Assembly (NCBI GenBank): GCA_009837395.1
Contig: VXTP01000043.1
Coordinates: 456,936 to 520,935 of the forward strand
DNA from: Gemmatimonadota bacterium
GTDB taxonomy: Bacteria; JAAXHH01
Length of the DNA stretch: 64,000 nucleotides
Direction of reading: 5' to 3'
The notes under the pieces were generated by a model. That model was given only the letters and a program-made list of their open reading frames with translations, was not told the DNA's origin and did not search any database. Positions within the stretch are counted from its first letter, which is position 1; each line of letters opens with the position of its first letter. Positions 46,941-56,496 of this stretch are shown one piece after another. A program made the position numbers and the translations under genes.

Positions 46941-48701
46941 TCAGATGCGCATCATGTCCGATACATCCAGTTCGGTCTTCGGCTGGTGGGGTTTCAGGAA
47001 ACGCATGATCTCTTCCGACGTGGACAGGTCCAGCGCCTCCCGGGTAATGGTCTTGAGCTCCTGGTAATCTGCCGAGCGGATCAGGCTCTTGATCTCGGGA
47101 ATGTCGATGGGGCTCATGCTGAGCTCGTCAACGCCGAGTCCGAGCAGTATGCAGGCCGCAAGGGGATGGGCGGCCATGGCGCCGCACACGCCCACCCAGA
47201 TATCGTTGTCGTGCGCGGCGTCGATCACCGACGCGACCAGGCGGAGCACGGCCGGGTGGCACGGATTGTACAGGGAGGCGATGCTCGGATTGCCCCGGTC
47301 GGCCGCCACGGTGTACTGGATCAGGTCGTTCGTGCCGATGCTGAAGAAGTCCACCTCCTTCGCCAGGTCGTGGGCGGTCAGTGCGGCCGAAGGGATTTCG
47401 ACCATGATTCCGACGGGCATCGACTGGTTGACGGGCACCCCATCCTCCAGCAGTTCATTCCGCGCCTCTTCGAAAAGCGCCTTCGCCCTCCTGAGCTCCT
47501 GCAATCCCGATATCATGGGGAACATGAGACTCACGTTGCCCTCGGCACCGGCCCTCAGGATGGCTCGCAACTGCACCTTGAACATTTCCGGCCGGTCGAG
47601 ACAGAGCCGGATACCTCGCTGGCCCAGGGCGGGATTGGCTTCGTCCGGCATCTCTTTCGGCATCTTGTCCGCCCCGAGGTCCAGCGTCCTAATGATCACG
47701 TGGTTCGGCGCCATGCGCCGCGCGATGCGCTGGTACGTCCGGGTCTGATCTTCTTCGGACGGCAATTCGTTGCCTACCAGATAGAGGAATTCGGTACGGT
47801 ACAGGCCGATGCCGTCCGCGCCGTGGTTCAGGACATCCTCCAGTTCAGCCGGCAGTTCGATATTGGCCGAAAGCTCGATGCGCCTTCCGTCCCGCGTCTC
47901 CGCTGGCAGGTCGTGAAGTTCCTGCAGCTCATGCTCCAGCACCGATAGCTGGGACTTCGTTTCCCTGTACCGGCCGATCGTATCGGCATCCGGATCGAGA
48001 TGGACCATCCCGGTGTTGCCGTCGATGATGATCATCATGCCGTCCGAAATAGTCTGGGTGGCGATGTTGGTCCCGACTACCGCCGGCACGGCAAGACCGC
48101 GGGCGACGATCGCCGTATGCGACGTCTGACCACCGGCGTCGGTGATGAAGCCGCAGACCGCAGACCGGTCTATTTCCGCGGTGTCCGAAGGGGACAGGCT
48201 GTGCGCTACGAGCACGATCTCACCGTCCTTGGCCTCGATCCCGGTATGCGCGCTGCCGGTGAGCTTCGCCAACACCCGGTATTGCACGTCTTCGAAATCG
48301 GCGGTCCGTTCACGGAAGTATGGATTCTCTATCGAGGAGTAACTGGCGATCCATCCTCTCATGACCTCGTCGAAGATATACTCGGCGTTGGTCCGTTCAC
48401 GCCGGATACGCACGACGGTAACATCCACCACTTCCGGGTCTTCGAGTACGGCCTGGTGCGCGCGGAAAATCTTCAGTATGTCCTGGTCGAAATCAACCGC
48501 GATGCGGCGCTGCAACCGGGTCAGGTCGTCCAACGCTTCGTCGACGGCGGTCCGGAATCGAAGAATCTCCGCCTCCACGCCGTCGGCGGGAATCGGACGC
48601 TGGTGTATGGAGGCAAACCGGCGATTATAGACCAGGGCGCGTCCGATAGCGATGCCCGGCGATGCCGGTATGCCTTTAAGTACGCGGCGCTCGTCGCTCA
48701 T
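46941..48701 (-). CDS. ptsI: Phosphoenolpyruvate-protein phosphotransferase (PTS enzyme I)
   Basis: 586 aa. Active-site His region GGQTSHTAIVARGLAVPAVVG and PEP-utilising C-terminal barrel (FFSIGTNDLIQY). Confidence 0.9.
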   Translation of the reverse strand: MSDERRVLKGIPASPGIAIGRALVYNRRFASIHQRPIPADGVEAEILRFRTAVDEALDDLTRLQRRIAVDFDQDILKIFRAHQAVLEDPEVVDVTVVRIRRERTNAEYIFDEVMRGWIASYSSIENPYFRERTADFEDVQYRVLAKLTGSAHTGIEAKDGEIVLVAHSLSPSDTAEIDRSAVCGFITDAGGQTSHTAIVARGLAVPAVVGTNIATQTISDGMMIIIDGNTGMVHLDPDADTIGRYRETKSQLSVLEHELQELHDLPAETRDGRRIELSANIELPAELEDVLNHGADGIGLYRTEFLYLVGNELPSEEDQTRTYQRIARRMAPNHVIIRTLDLGADKMPKEMPDEANPALGQRGIRLCLDRPEMFKVQLRAILRAGAEGNVSLMFPMISGLQELRRAKALFEEARNELLEDGVPVNQSMPVGIMVEIPSAALTAHDLAKEVDFFSIGTNDLIQYTVAADRGNPSIASLYNPCHPAVLRLVASVIDAAHDNDIWVGVCGAMAAHPLAACILLGLGVDELSMSPIDIPEIKSLIRSADYQELKTITREALDLSTSEEIMRFLKPHQPKTELDVSDMMRI

Positions 48702-48702
48702 G

Positions 48703-48966
48703 TTACGGCTCCTGATCCTTGTCGAACATGTCGGTAATGGCCTTCAGGGCATCCGTTTCGTCCGGTCCGTCGATCTCCACCGTAATGGAACTGCCGTGCT
48801 CCGCTGCCAGCATCATGACCCCCAGGATGCTCTTGCCATTCACCGGAATGTCGTCCTTGACCAGCGTGACTTCCGACTTGAATCTGGACGCCGTGCGAAC
48901 CAGTTGCTCGGCGGGTCGCATGTGCAACCCCTTCCTGTTCTTTACGGAAACGGTTTTCCTTATCAA
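48703..48966 (-). CDS. ptsH: Phosphocarrier protein HPr
   Basis: 87 aa. His15 context NRKGLHMRPAEQ and Ser46 context GKSILGVMML, the HprK target. Confidence 0.9.
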   Translation of the reverse strand: MIRKTVSVKNRKGLHMRPAEQLVRTASRFKSEVTLVKDDIPVNGKSILGVMMLAAEHGSSITVEIDGPDETDALKAITDMFDKDQEP

Positions 48967-49004
48967 ATCGCTGCCCGATCCATTCAGACCTGCGTGACAT
49001 GCTT

Positions 49005-49988
49005 CTACTCGTAGTCTTCCCTGCGATACCGGACCTTTTCGCCTTCCTTCATGACCTCCAGCACCCGCTGATTCAATATGGATGCCGGGTTGATTCCGAC
49101 GACTTTCAGGAGATGCCGGAGTGCAACGACCTCGGAAATGACCGTCAGATTCTTGCCCGGGTTGATGGGAATCCGGACATAGGGCAGTTCCGCGTCGAGC
49201 AACGTCGTGGTCTTCTCATCGAGGGCCGTACGTTCGTAGACCTCGTCGCTGTTCCAGTCCTCCAGGTTTACGACGACTTCTATCCGCTTGCGCACGCGGA
49301 TGCTGCGTATGCCGAACATGCTGGTGACGTCGATAATGCCCACGCCGCGTATTTCCATGAAGTGCTGCGTGATCGTGTTGCTCGTCCCCATGATGACGCC
49401 GCGCCGCATCCGGTAAGCCGTAACCACGTCGTCCGCCACCAGCCGGTGACCCCGTTCCACCAGGTCCAGGGCCGTTTCGCTTTTGCCGATTCCGCTGCGT
49501 CCGGTGAACAGGAGACCCACGCCGTACACGTCGACCAGGGCGCCGTGTATGGTCGTCATCGGCGCGAAGTAGGGTTCCAGGTACTCGATCAGGGACTGCG
49601 CGAAGGCATCCGTCGTCAGTGAAGTACCCAGAACGGCGATATCGAACCGCTCGGCGGTCTCGGTCAATTCCCGGGGCGGATCCATACCCTTCGTGATCAC
49701 CATGCAGGGAAAGCCCAGGTCGAACAGCCGGTCCAGCGACGCACGCCGCTGGTCCGCGGGCAGACTGTTCAGGTAGGATAATTCGGTCTCCCCCAGGATC
49801 TGGATCCGGTTGCTGGAAAACCGCTCGACAAATCCCGCCAGCGCGAGTCCCGGCCGGTTCGTCTCCGCGTTTGTTATCTTCCTGGACAGTCCCGTTTCAC
49901 CCGTCAGCGGGGACAGTTTCAGGTCGACCTGCTCGACCAGGTTCTTGATCAGCAGGACGCGCGATTTCAGGGGCGATGTCGTGGCCAT
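49005..49988 (-). CDS. hprK: HPr kinase/phosphorylase
   Basis: 327 aa. P-loop GRSGIGKSETALDL. HprK/P family pattern. Confidence 0.85.
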   Translation of the reverse strand: MATTSPLKSRVLLIKNLVEQVDLKLSPLTGETGLSRKITNAETNRPGLALAGFVERFSSNRIQILGETELSYLNSLPADQRRASLDRLFDLGFPCMVITKGMDPPRELTETAERFDIAVLGTSLTTDAFAQSLIEYLEPYFAPMTTIHGALVDVYGVGLLFTGRSGIGKSETALDLVERGHRLVADDVVTAYRMRRGVIMGTSNTITQHFMEIRGVGIIDVTSMFGIRSIRVRKRIEVVVNLEDWNSDEVYERTALDEKTTTLLDAELPYVRIPINPGKNLTVISEVVALRHLLKVVGINPASILNQRVLEVMKEGEKVRYRREDYE

Positions 49989-49998
49989 CGTCCGCTAC

Positions 49999-50301
49999 CT
50001 AGTGACGCCGGTTTCTGTGATCGTGCAGCTTGCCGTTGTGCTTCTTCAACTGGGTTTCCATCTTGTTGACCGCCTGATCGAGGGCCGTGTAGGCTTCGGC
50101 GTTCTCCTCTTTGCTGGTCAGGACGTGCCCGCCGACGTGCACGTTCAGTTCAACCATGTACCGGTATTTTTCCTGCGAGACGATAAGGTCCGCACTCAGG
50201 ATGTTGTCGCTGTATCTGTTTAAACGGTCGATCTCTCTGTCCGCATGCTCCTTGTAAGCGTCTGCCAGTTCGCAGTGTCGGGCCGTCATGGATTTCTGCA
50301 C
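49999..50301 (-). CDS. hpf: Ribosome hibernation-promoting factor (short HPF/RaiA)
   Basis: 100 aa. Sigma-54 modulation protein pattern (…YRYMVELNVHVGGHVL…). Sits immediately downstream of rpoN, as in many Gram-negatives. Confidence 0.8.
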   Translation of the reverse strand: MQKSMTARHCELADAYKEHADREIDRLNRYSDNILSADLIVSQEKYRYMVELNVHVGGHVLTSKEENAEAYTALDQAVNKMETQLKKHNGKLHDHRNRRH

Positions 50302-50333
50302 GTTCGCCTCCCTTCGCCGTATGGCCTGTCGGG

Positions 50334-51776
50334 TCAGATCCTTCTGCGCATCCGCGCAATGGGTATTCCCAGGTTCTCGCGGTACTTCGCCACCGTCCGC
50401 CGCTTGATCTGCACGCCTTCCTTCGTGCGGAGAATCTCCTCAATCGCCTGGTCGCTCAGCGGCGCACGCGCGTCTTCTTCCTCGATGATCCGCGCGATGC
50501 GGTCTTTGACCGTCTTGGTCGCCAACTGGCCGGCCGCGGCTTCCCCGGTCTCCTCGTCCGTCTTTTTCTTCAATCGCCCGTCGAAGAAGAACCGCAGCGC
50601 GAAAATGCCCCGTGGCGTCTGAACGTACTTGCCTTGCGTGGCCCGGCTGACGGTCGTTACATGCAGGCCCACCTCGTCGGCCACTTCCTGGAGAATCATC
50701 GGCTTGAGACTGGAAAGGCCCGCATCCAGGAACTCGCGCTGTGCCCTGACGATGCAGTTTGTCACCTTCAACAGGGTTGACCGCCGCTGTTCGATGGAGT
50801 TGACGAAGTGGTTCGCTTCGGTCAGCTTGCGCCTCACGTAACGCCGGTCTTCATCTGAAGACTGCGCGTTCCGGTTCAGGATGGCCTGGTAGGCATGGCT
50901 GACACGCACCCTGGGCAGGTTGCGATCATTGAGGTAGACGAGGTACTCTCCGTCTACTTTCTCGACGATCAGGTCGGGATGTATGGCGATAACGGATGAA
51001 TCGCTGACGGCCAGCCCCGGATGAGGATTGAGTCCGGCGATCACGTTCAGGGCGTCGCCGATTTCCTGCTCGGACGCCCTGATCTTCTTTCGAATCGAAG
51101 CGATGCGCCGCAACTTGACGTCGCGCCAGTGTTCCGATACCAGCCGGTATGCAAGGGAATCGCTCAAGCTCAACGCTTCCAGTTGAAGCATGAGACACTC
51201 TCGCAGGTCCCGCGCGCCGACACCCGTAGGCTCGAGGGTCTGCACGACCTTCAGCACCCGTTCCGCCTCGTCGAACGGCACGCTCGATTCCAATGCCAGG
51301 TCCAGCAGTGGGACGTCGAGGAGACCGCTGTCGTTCAGGTTTCCGATCAGGTACTCGCCGATTTCGCGGTCCTGGGCGGAGAGGTCGAGAAGCCGCAATT
51401 GCTCGATCAGGTAGTCGGTGAGCGTCGTATCCGACTTTCCCTCCCGTTCCAGGATGTGCTGATCTTCCCTTTTTTCCGTCTCTTCACGGGCATCCATCTG
51501 GTTGTGCATGCCGTCCTGAATGTAGGCATCCCAATCGATTCGGTCCTGATCGGACGCGGGGTCCTCCGCCTGGGGTTCCTCCGCCTGGGGTTCCTCCGCC
51601 TGGGGTTCCTCCGCCGTCTCGCCCGCCTCTTCCTCGAGTTCCAGCAGCGGATTCTCCTCGATTTTCTCCTTGATCTCCTGCTCGAGTTCCAGCGTGGTGA
51701 ACTGCAGCAGCTTGAGCGAGTACATCAACTGGGGAGAAAACTGCTGCCTGGTCTGGGGCTGAAGTTGAAATTCCAT
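50334..51776 (-). CDS. rpoN: RNA polymerase sigma-54 factor
   Basis: 480 aa. Gln/Leu-rich region I (MEFQLQPQTRQQFSPQLMYSLKLLQ). C-terminal RpoN box ARRTVAKYRE. An acidic (EEPQA)n repeat is encoded by a 15-bp tandem repeat at about 51562-51615. Confidence 0.9.
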   Translation of the reverse strand: MEFQLQPQTRQQFSPQLMYSLKLLQFTTLELEQEIKEKIEENPLLELEEEAGETAEEPQAEEPQAEEPQAEDPASDQDRIDWDAYIQDGMHNQMDAREETEKREDQHILEREGKSDTTLTDYLIEQLRLLDLSAQDREIGEYLIGNLNDSGLLDVPLLDLALESSVPFDEAERVLKVVQTLEPTGVGARDLRECLMLQLEALSLSDSLAYRLVSEHWRDVKLRRIASIRKKIRASEQEIGDALNVIAGLNPHPGLAVSDSSVIAIHPDLIVEKVDGEYLVYLNDRNLPRVRVSHAYQAILNRNAQSSDEDRRYVRRKLTEANHFVNSIEQRRSTLLKVTNCIVRAQREFLDAGLSSLKPMILQEVADEVGLHVTTVSRATQGKYVQTPRGIFALRFFFDGRLKKKTDEETGEAAAGQLATKTVKDRIARIIEEEDARAPLSDQAIEEILRTKEGVQIKRRTVAKYRENLGIPIARMRRRI

Positions 51777-51791
51777 GGGCGTGCCTTCCGG

Positions 51792-52535
51792 TTACTCCAG
51801 GCGGAACCGCTCGCCGAGGTAGATACGGCGGGCTTCGGGGTCCTCGGCCAGATCCTTGGCCGTTCCCGATATGTAAATCCGGCCGTCGGCCATGATATAG
51901 GACCGGTCCGTGATCTGCAACGTTTCCCGTACCATGTGATCCGTGACCAGGATGCCCAGTTTTCGTTCCTTCAGGCGTCCGATGACTTCCTGTATGTCCT
52001 CCACGGCAATGGGATCGATGCCGGCGAAGGGCTCGTCGAGCAGAATGAACTTCGGTTCGGTCACCAGGGCGCGGCTGATCTCGGTTCTTCGCCGCTCGCC
52101 GCCCGACAGGGTATAGGCCTTGTGCTTGGCCAGATGGGCGATGCCGAAATCCTCCAGCAGATCCTCCATCTTCTGGCGCCGGGCCTTGCGGGTCATGGGC
52201 AGGGTCTGGAGAATGGACATCAGGTTCTGTTCCACCGTCATCCTGCGGAAGATCGACGGCTCCTGGGCCAGATAGCCTATCCCCACGCGAGCCCTGCGGT
52301 ACATCGGCCACCGCGTGATGTTCCGGCTTTCCCCGGTCTCCCGGTCATCGATGAGCACCCGGCCCGACCCCGGTTTGATCATGCCGACGATCATATAGAA
52401 CGAGGTGGTCTTCCCCGCCCCGTTGGGCCCGAGCAGTCCGACCACCTCGCCCTGGTCTACACGCAGGCTCACATCGTCGACGACGCGATGATTCTGGTAG
52501 GACTTCACCAGATTCTCAGCTCGCAGGCACTGCAC
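51792..52535 (-). CDS. lptB: LPS export ABC transporter ATP-binding protein
   Basis: 247 aa. Walker [10 protein letters not shown], signature LSGGERRR. Position between an lptA-like gene and rpoN. Confidence 0.85.
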   Translation of the reverse strand: MQCLRAENLVKSYQNHRVVDDVSLRVDQGEVVGLLGPNGAGKTTSFYMIVGMIKPGSGRVLIDDRETGESRNITRWPMYRRARVGIGYLAQEPSIFRRMTVEQNLMSILQTLPMTRKARRQKMEDLLEDFGIAHLAKHKAYTLSGGERRRTEISRALVTEPKFILLDEPFAGIDPIAVEDIQEVIGRLKERKLGILVTDHMVRETLQITDRSYIMADGRIYISGTAKDLAEDPEARRIYLGERFRLE

Positions 52536-52547
52536 GGATCCTCCGAT

Positions 52548-53927
52548 TCATCGGTTGCCGTCTTCGTCTTCCGGGTTGAGGTAGGATCCGTCCACGCCGC
52601 CATCCGCGTTCACCTTGACCGGTTCGCCTTCATTCAATTCGATCACGATTTCCTTCGCCCGGACCACGTTGTGGCCGGTCGGACCACTTTCGAGCGCAGA
52701 CGGATTGTAGGTACTCACCGCGTTCCCTTGCGCGGTAATCATCCTCACCGATTCGCCCTCGAAGTCCACGATCATGCTGCGGCCTTCAATGGTGCTGCGG
52801 CCAGCCTGGCCCGATTGGCCCTCCTGGTCCGCCTGATCGGTCTGGTCCGTCTGATCGGTCTGGTCCGTCTGGTCCGTCTGATCGGTCTGGTCCGCCTGAT
52901 CGTTCTGGTCCGCCTGATCGGTCTGGTCCGTCTGGCCGGTCTGGTTGTCTGCCTGGCCGGCTGTCCGGTCCGCCAAATCATCCGCCAGATTCGTCCCCTC
53001 TTGCTCTTCCGCGGTATAGGAACCCCGGGCATTGCCCGTAACCAGAGCGCGTGCGACCTCGCCGTCCTCCATTTCGAGGATGATCTCATCCCCGGTGATC
53101 TCGCTGTGAACGCTCCGAATCACCGGGTTGCCGAGGAGATCGATCTGCTGGCCTTCGCTGTCGAAGCGCAACGTATCGCAAATCCCCTCCAGCGTTCCTT
53201 TGACGACGCTGACCGAATCGAACACGTCGGCAGTCCGGTCTTCGAAGGCGTAGGCCATGCCTTTCCCGGTCGCCACGATTTCGCCCGCATTGCCTTCCAG
53301 TCGCTTGACCAGCCGGGGATCGCCGCTGAAACGAGCGCTATCCGTTGCCTTGTAATACTCCGCGTGATCGCAGTAAATAGTCACGCCTTCGCCCTCGTCC
53401 ACCACGATGACGGATTCCACTGCCAGCGCTTTCAGCAGGGAGTTGGTTTCGGTGAAGAAGTACTCAAGACGAAAGCCCTCGATGTTGATTTTGCTTTCGT
53501 TTTGCCCCCAGGTCATATTCGGCTTGCCCGTCGCCACGGCGCGGTGGGGATCCTGGGTGAAAACCATGCGATTGCCCGTCAGCACCACGCCGTCCAACGC
53601 GTCATCGAGCCTCACCTGCCCCGCTCCGATAGCCCGCTGGTCCTCCTCGTAGTACACCGCGGCGTCGGCGGTGAGCGTGGTGGTCCCGCGGATCATGCGT
53701 ACGTTTCCGTAAAGATGTACGATACCTTTCAAGCGATCATAGTTCACCCGGTCACTCGTCAGCACGGTATTTCCGTGCTTGAGCCGCACCGACTCGGCCA
53801 GGTCGAAAACCTCGTCGACACCAGTAGCCCGGAAGCTGCCCGCTTCCTCGATTTGCACCGGTTCGCGAGGCTCCTGGCCCTCCGCCTGAGCAGCGGAAAG
53901 CACGATGAAACAGCAGACCGAAATCAC
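52548..53927 (-). CDS. Elongated OstA-like (LptA-family) periplasmic protein with tandem OstA domains and a (DQT)n acidic repeat
   Basis: The ORF extends to 54137. The signal-peptide-like segment VISVCCFIVLSAAQA follows a GTG at 53927; an alternative ATG lies at 54050. Two beta-jellyroll OstA-like regions are present. The repeat QTDQTDQADQNDQADQTDQTDQTDQTDQTDQTDQADQ is encoded by tandem repeats at about 52824-52960. Start uncertain. Confidence 0.55.
   Translation of the reverse strand: MISVCCFIVLSAAQAEGQEPREPVQIEEAGSFRATGVDEVFDLAESVRLKHGNTVLTSDRVNYDRLKGIVHLYGNVRMIRGTTTLTADAAVYYEEDQRAIGAGQVRLDDALDGVVLTGNRMVFTQDPHRAVATGKPNMTWGQNESKINIEGFRLEYFFTETNSLLKALAVESVIVVDEGEGVTIYCDHAEYYKATDSARFSGDPRLVKRLEGNAGEIVATGKGMAYAFEDRTADVFDSVSVVKGTLEGICDTLRFDSEGQQIDLLGNPVIRSVHSEITGDEIILEMEDGEVARALVTGNARGSYTAEEQEGTNLADDLADRTAGQADNQTGQTDQTDQADQNDQADQTDQTDQTDQTDQTDQTDQADQEGQSGQAGRSTIEGRSMIVDFEGESVRMITAQGNAVSTYNPSALESGPTGHNVVRAKEIVIELNEGEPVKVNADGGVDGSYLNPEDEDGNR
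52824..52960 (-). repeat. In-frame tandem repeats (6/18-bp units) encoding (DQT/DQA)n in the LptA-like protein
   Basis: ctggtccgtctgatcggt and ctggtccgcctgatcg units are repeated about 8 times. Confidence 0.8.
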
Positions 53928-54033
53928 CCACCTGACGGACCCTGTTCCATGACATAATATACCGAAATTACCGTTGAACGTCAAGGATGCGTGCCCCCCG
54001 TGACGGCGGTCGAAGTACTGCTCTGCGAAGGGG

Positions 54034-54645
54034 TCATTGCGGTTGTGCATCCGGAAGAAAACGGCCTTTGACGTTGCGCCGGATGATATAACGGCGCATG
54101 CCCGGATCGGCTTCAAACCCATCGCCCGCAATGACATCCGTGTCCCCGGTCAATCGAACGGCGGCATCCGTTACGATAAGATTCGCGGCGTTCAACCAGG
54201 TCAGGGAATCGGTTTCCAGGGTGCCCCGCTCCGTGCTGTGGACCGTTACACCGCCCCGGACGCGCAGGTTGTGGGTCAGCCCGTCGATTTCGCCCCACTC
54301 CGCTTCGAGCGTAGAGGCCAGGCTGCCGTCATCTTCAAAGAACTCGACGTGGATGCCCTCATCAATGACGGTGACGTTGGTTTCCGAGAAATAAAGGCGG
54401 TGCCCTGCCCGGATCGTGGCTTCCTGCCGGCCGTCTCGGCTCAGGTATATGGTCGTGTTCCACGCTTCCTGGTCCGGCAGCGCGTCCTGCGCGCCTTCTT
54501 CAGGAACCGGCTGATCGACGGGCTGACACGCTGCCGTGCACAGGGCGATGGCCATGGCCAGGTGCCACGGCCGGAAGCGGGCGAGCCTTTTGGATGCATG
54601 GTGATTCAGGCGGGTCGGAACATGCGGATTGCGGGTAGTCGGCAT
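54034..54645 (-). CDS. LptC-like LPS export protein (membrane-anchored)
   Basis: An N-terminal hydrophobic anchor (LAMAIALCTAAC) is followed by an LptC-like beta-jellyroll region. The position upstream of lptA/lptB supports the call. The start may be the internal Met at 54555. Confidence 0.55.
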   Translation of the reverse strand: MPTTRNPHVPTRLNHHASKRLARFRPWHLAMAIALCTAACQPVDQPVPEEGAQDALPDQEAWNTTIYLSRDGRQEATIRAGHRLYFSETNVTVIDEGIHVEFFEDDGSLASTLEAEWGEIDGLTHNLRVRGGVTVHSTERGTLETDSLTWLNAANLIVTDAAVRLTGDTDVIAGDGFEADPGMRRYIIRRNVKGRFLPDAQPQ

Positions 54646-54755
54646 GACTGAATATACCTGGTTTCATGCATACCTGCAAGATCAAGTTGGACCGTGTACG
54701 CTGGGTCAAGCCTACCTGGACACCTTGTCAGTTCGCCCTGGCAGTCGCGCCGGGC

Positions 54756-55625
54756 CTACTTTGACACCCTCCATCGGTCATGCATCCATACCCACTGCTC
54801 CGGCGCCTTCCTGATGAACCGTTCCAGTTCCCCGGTATACGCCCTCGTCGTTGTTTCCACGTCTTCCGGCGTCCGTCCTGCGGGCCGGATCGGCGGCCGG
54901 ACCGTCACGAGATGCGTGTCGTCCGGAAGACGGTGAATGGCCATGGGCACGATAGGCGCGCCCGTCCGGTCCGCCAGCACCGCGGGTCCGGTCGGGGTCC
55001 GGGCCGGGTGGCCGAAGAAAGGGACCGCGATGCCGGCGCCCCGGGTATCCTGGTCCACCAGGAGCCCCACCACGTGCCCCTTTCTCAGCGCGCGTAGTAT
55101 GGCGGTGGTAGCCCGGTCGCGGGGTACCACTTCCAGTCCGCTCCGCACCCGGTTCTCCCGCAGGAGCGCGTCCAGCCTGTCGTCGTAAAGCGGGGCCGCC
55201 ACCACGGTTACCGCGTATCCCTTGAGCGCCAGGAACGCGCCCATCAGTTCGAAGTTGCCCAGGTGGGCACTTACCGCGATCACGCCCTTGCCCTCGCCAT
55301 AGGCCGATTGCAGGTGGGACAGGCCATCGGCCCCGACCAGGCCGTCCACGTTCTCCGCCGTTACCCGGGGCAGCCGGGCGACATCCACGACATTCCGTCC
55401 CAGCTCCCGGAAGACGGTCCTGCCCAGACGCCGGATCTGCCCGCGCGACTGCGTTTCGCCGTAAGCCAGCGTCAGATTGGAAAGTGCAAGGCGCCGGGGA
55501 CCGCGGGCAGACAGGTACGCCAGTCCACCGATCCACCCGCCGAAGGACAACGCCCGCGGCCTCGGTAACGCGTTCATCAGGCCGATGAGCGCGCACACTG
55601 CCCGATAGATCGCGGCATTTCGCAT
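54756..55625 (-). CDS. LpxL/HtrB-family Kdo2-lipid-IVA late acyltransferase
   Basis: Start at MRNAAIYRAVCALIGL, which gives an N-terminal membrane anchor. HX4D-like acyltransferase motif region (AVSAHLGNFE). Located directly downstream of kdsA. Confidence 0.7.
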   Translation of the reverse strand: MRNAAIYRAVCALIGLMNALPRPRALSFGGWIGGLAYLSARGPRRLALSNLTLAYGETQSRGQIRRLGRTVFRELGRNVVDVARLPRVTAENVDGLVGADGLSHLQSAYGEGKGVIAVSAHLGNFELMGAFLALKGYAVTVVAAPLYDDRLDALLRENRVRSGLEVVPRDRATTAILRALRKGHVVGLLVDQDTRGAGIAVPFFGHPARTPTGPAVLADRTGAPIVPMAIHRLPDDTHLVTVRPPIRPAGRTPEDVETTTRAYTGELERFIRKAPEQWVWMHDRWRVSK

Positions 55626-55665
55626 GCGCTTGATCAGAGAGGCCAAGAGTGCACTCGCATGGAGG

Positions 55666-56496
55666 TTAACCCGCCGCGTGGGGCCGCACGACTTCGTCGA
55701 TCGCCTTGAGGCTTTCCAGCAGAGGCTCCAGGCGGTCGAGCGGCAACATGCTCGCGGCGTCGCACAGCGCCTCGGAAACCCGGGGATGGGTTTCGATGAA
55801 TACCGCTTCGCATCCCGCGGCCACCGCGGCACGGGCGAGGGGTTCGATGAATTCGGGGGTGCCGCCGCTCGCGTCGCTGCTCGGACGGCCGTACAGTCTC
55901 ACCACGTGAGTGGCATCGAACACCACGGGGTATCCCGTCCGGCGCATGATGGCCAGCGACCGCATGTCGGCGACCAGGTCGTGATAACCGAAAGAGACGC
56001 CGCGTTCGGTCAGGAGGATGTTCCGGTTGCCTGCGCTTTCGATCTTGGCGACGACTGACACCACGTCTTCCGGCGCAAGGAACTGTCCCTTCTTCACGTT
56101 GACGGGCTTTCCGGTCCGGGCCAGGGCGAGGGTGAGCTCCGTCTGCATGGACAGGTGCGCGGGAAGCTGCAGAACGTCCAGGACCTCAGCGGCCTCGTCT
56201 ACCTCCGGCAACGCGTGAACGTCCGAAAGTACGGGCACGCCGAGCGCTCGGACTTTCCGGAGCACACGCAACCCTTCGCGCAGCCCCGGTCCCGCGTAGT
56301 AGGCGGCCGAAGAGCGGTTCGCCTTCGCATAGGATGATTTGAACACGAGCGGGATGCCCAGGTGCGTGGTAGCCGTAATCAGGCGCTCCGCGGTCTCCAT
56401 GACCACGGCCTCGCTCTCGATCACGCAAGGCCCCGCAATCAGCGCCAGCGGCCGTCCGCCTCCTATGGCCACGTCTCCCACGGCGACTTCTTTCAC
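55666..56496 (-). CDS. kdsA: 3-deoxy-8-phosphooctulonate synthase
   Basis: 276 aa. DAHP/KDO8P synthase barrel (LIAGPCVIES…, FKSSYAKANRSS). Overlaps kdsB by 4 nt. Confidence 0.9.
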   Translation of the reverse strand: MKEVAVGDVAIGGGRPLALIAGPCVIESEAVVMETAERLITATTHLGIPLVFKSSYAKANRSSAAYYAGPGLREGLRVLRKVRALGVPVLSDVHALPEVDEAAEVLDVLQLPAHLSMQTELTLALARTGKPVNVKKGQFLAPEDVVSVVAKIESAGNRNILLTERGVSFGYHDLVADMRSLAIMRRTGYPVVFDATHVVRLYGRPSSDASGGTPEFIEPLARAAVAAGCEAVFIETHPRVSEALCDAASMLPLDRLEPLLESLKAIDEVVRPHAAG

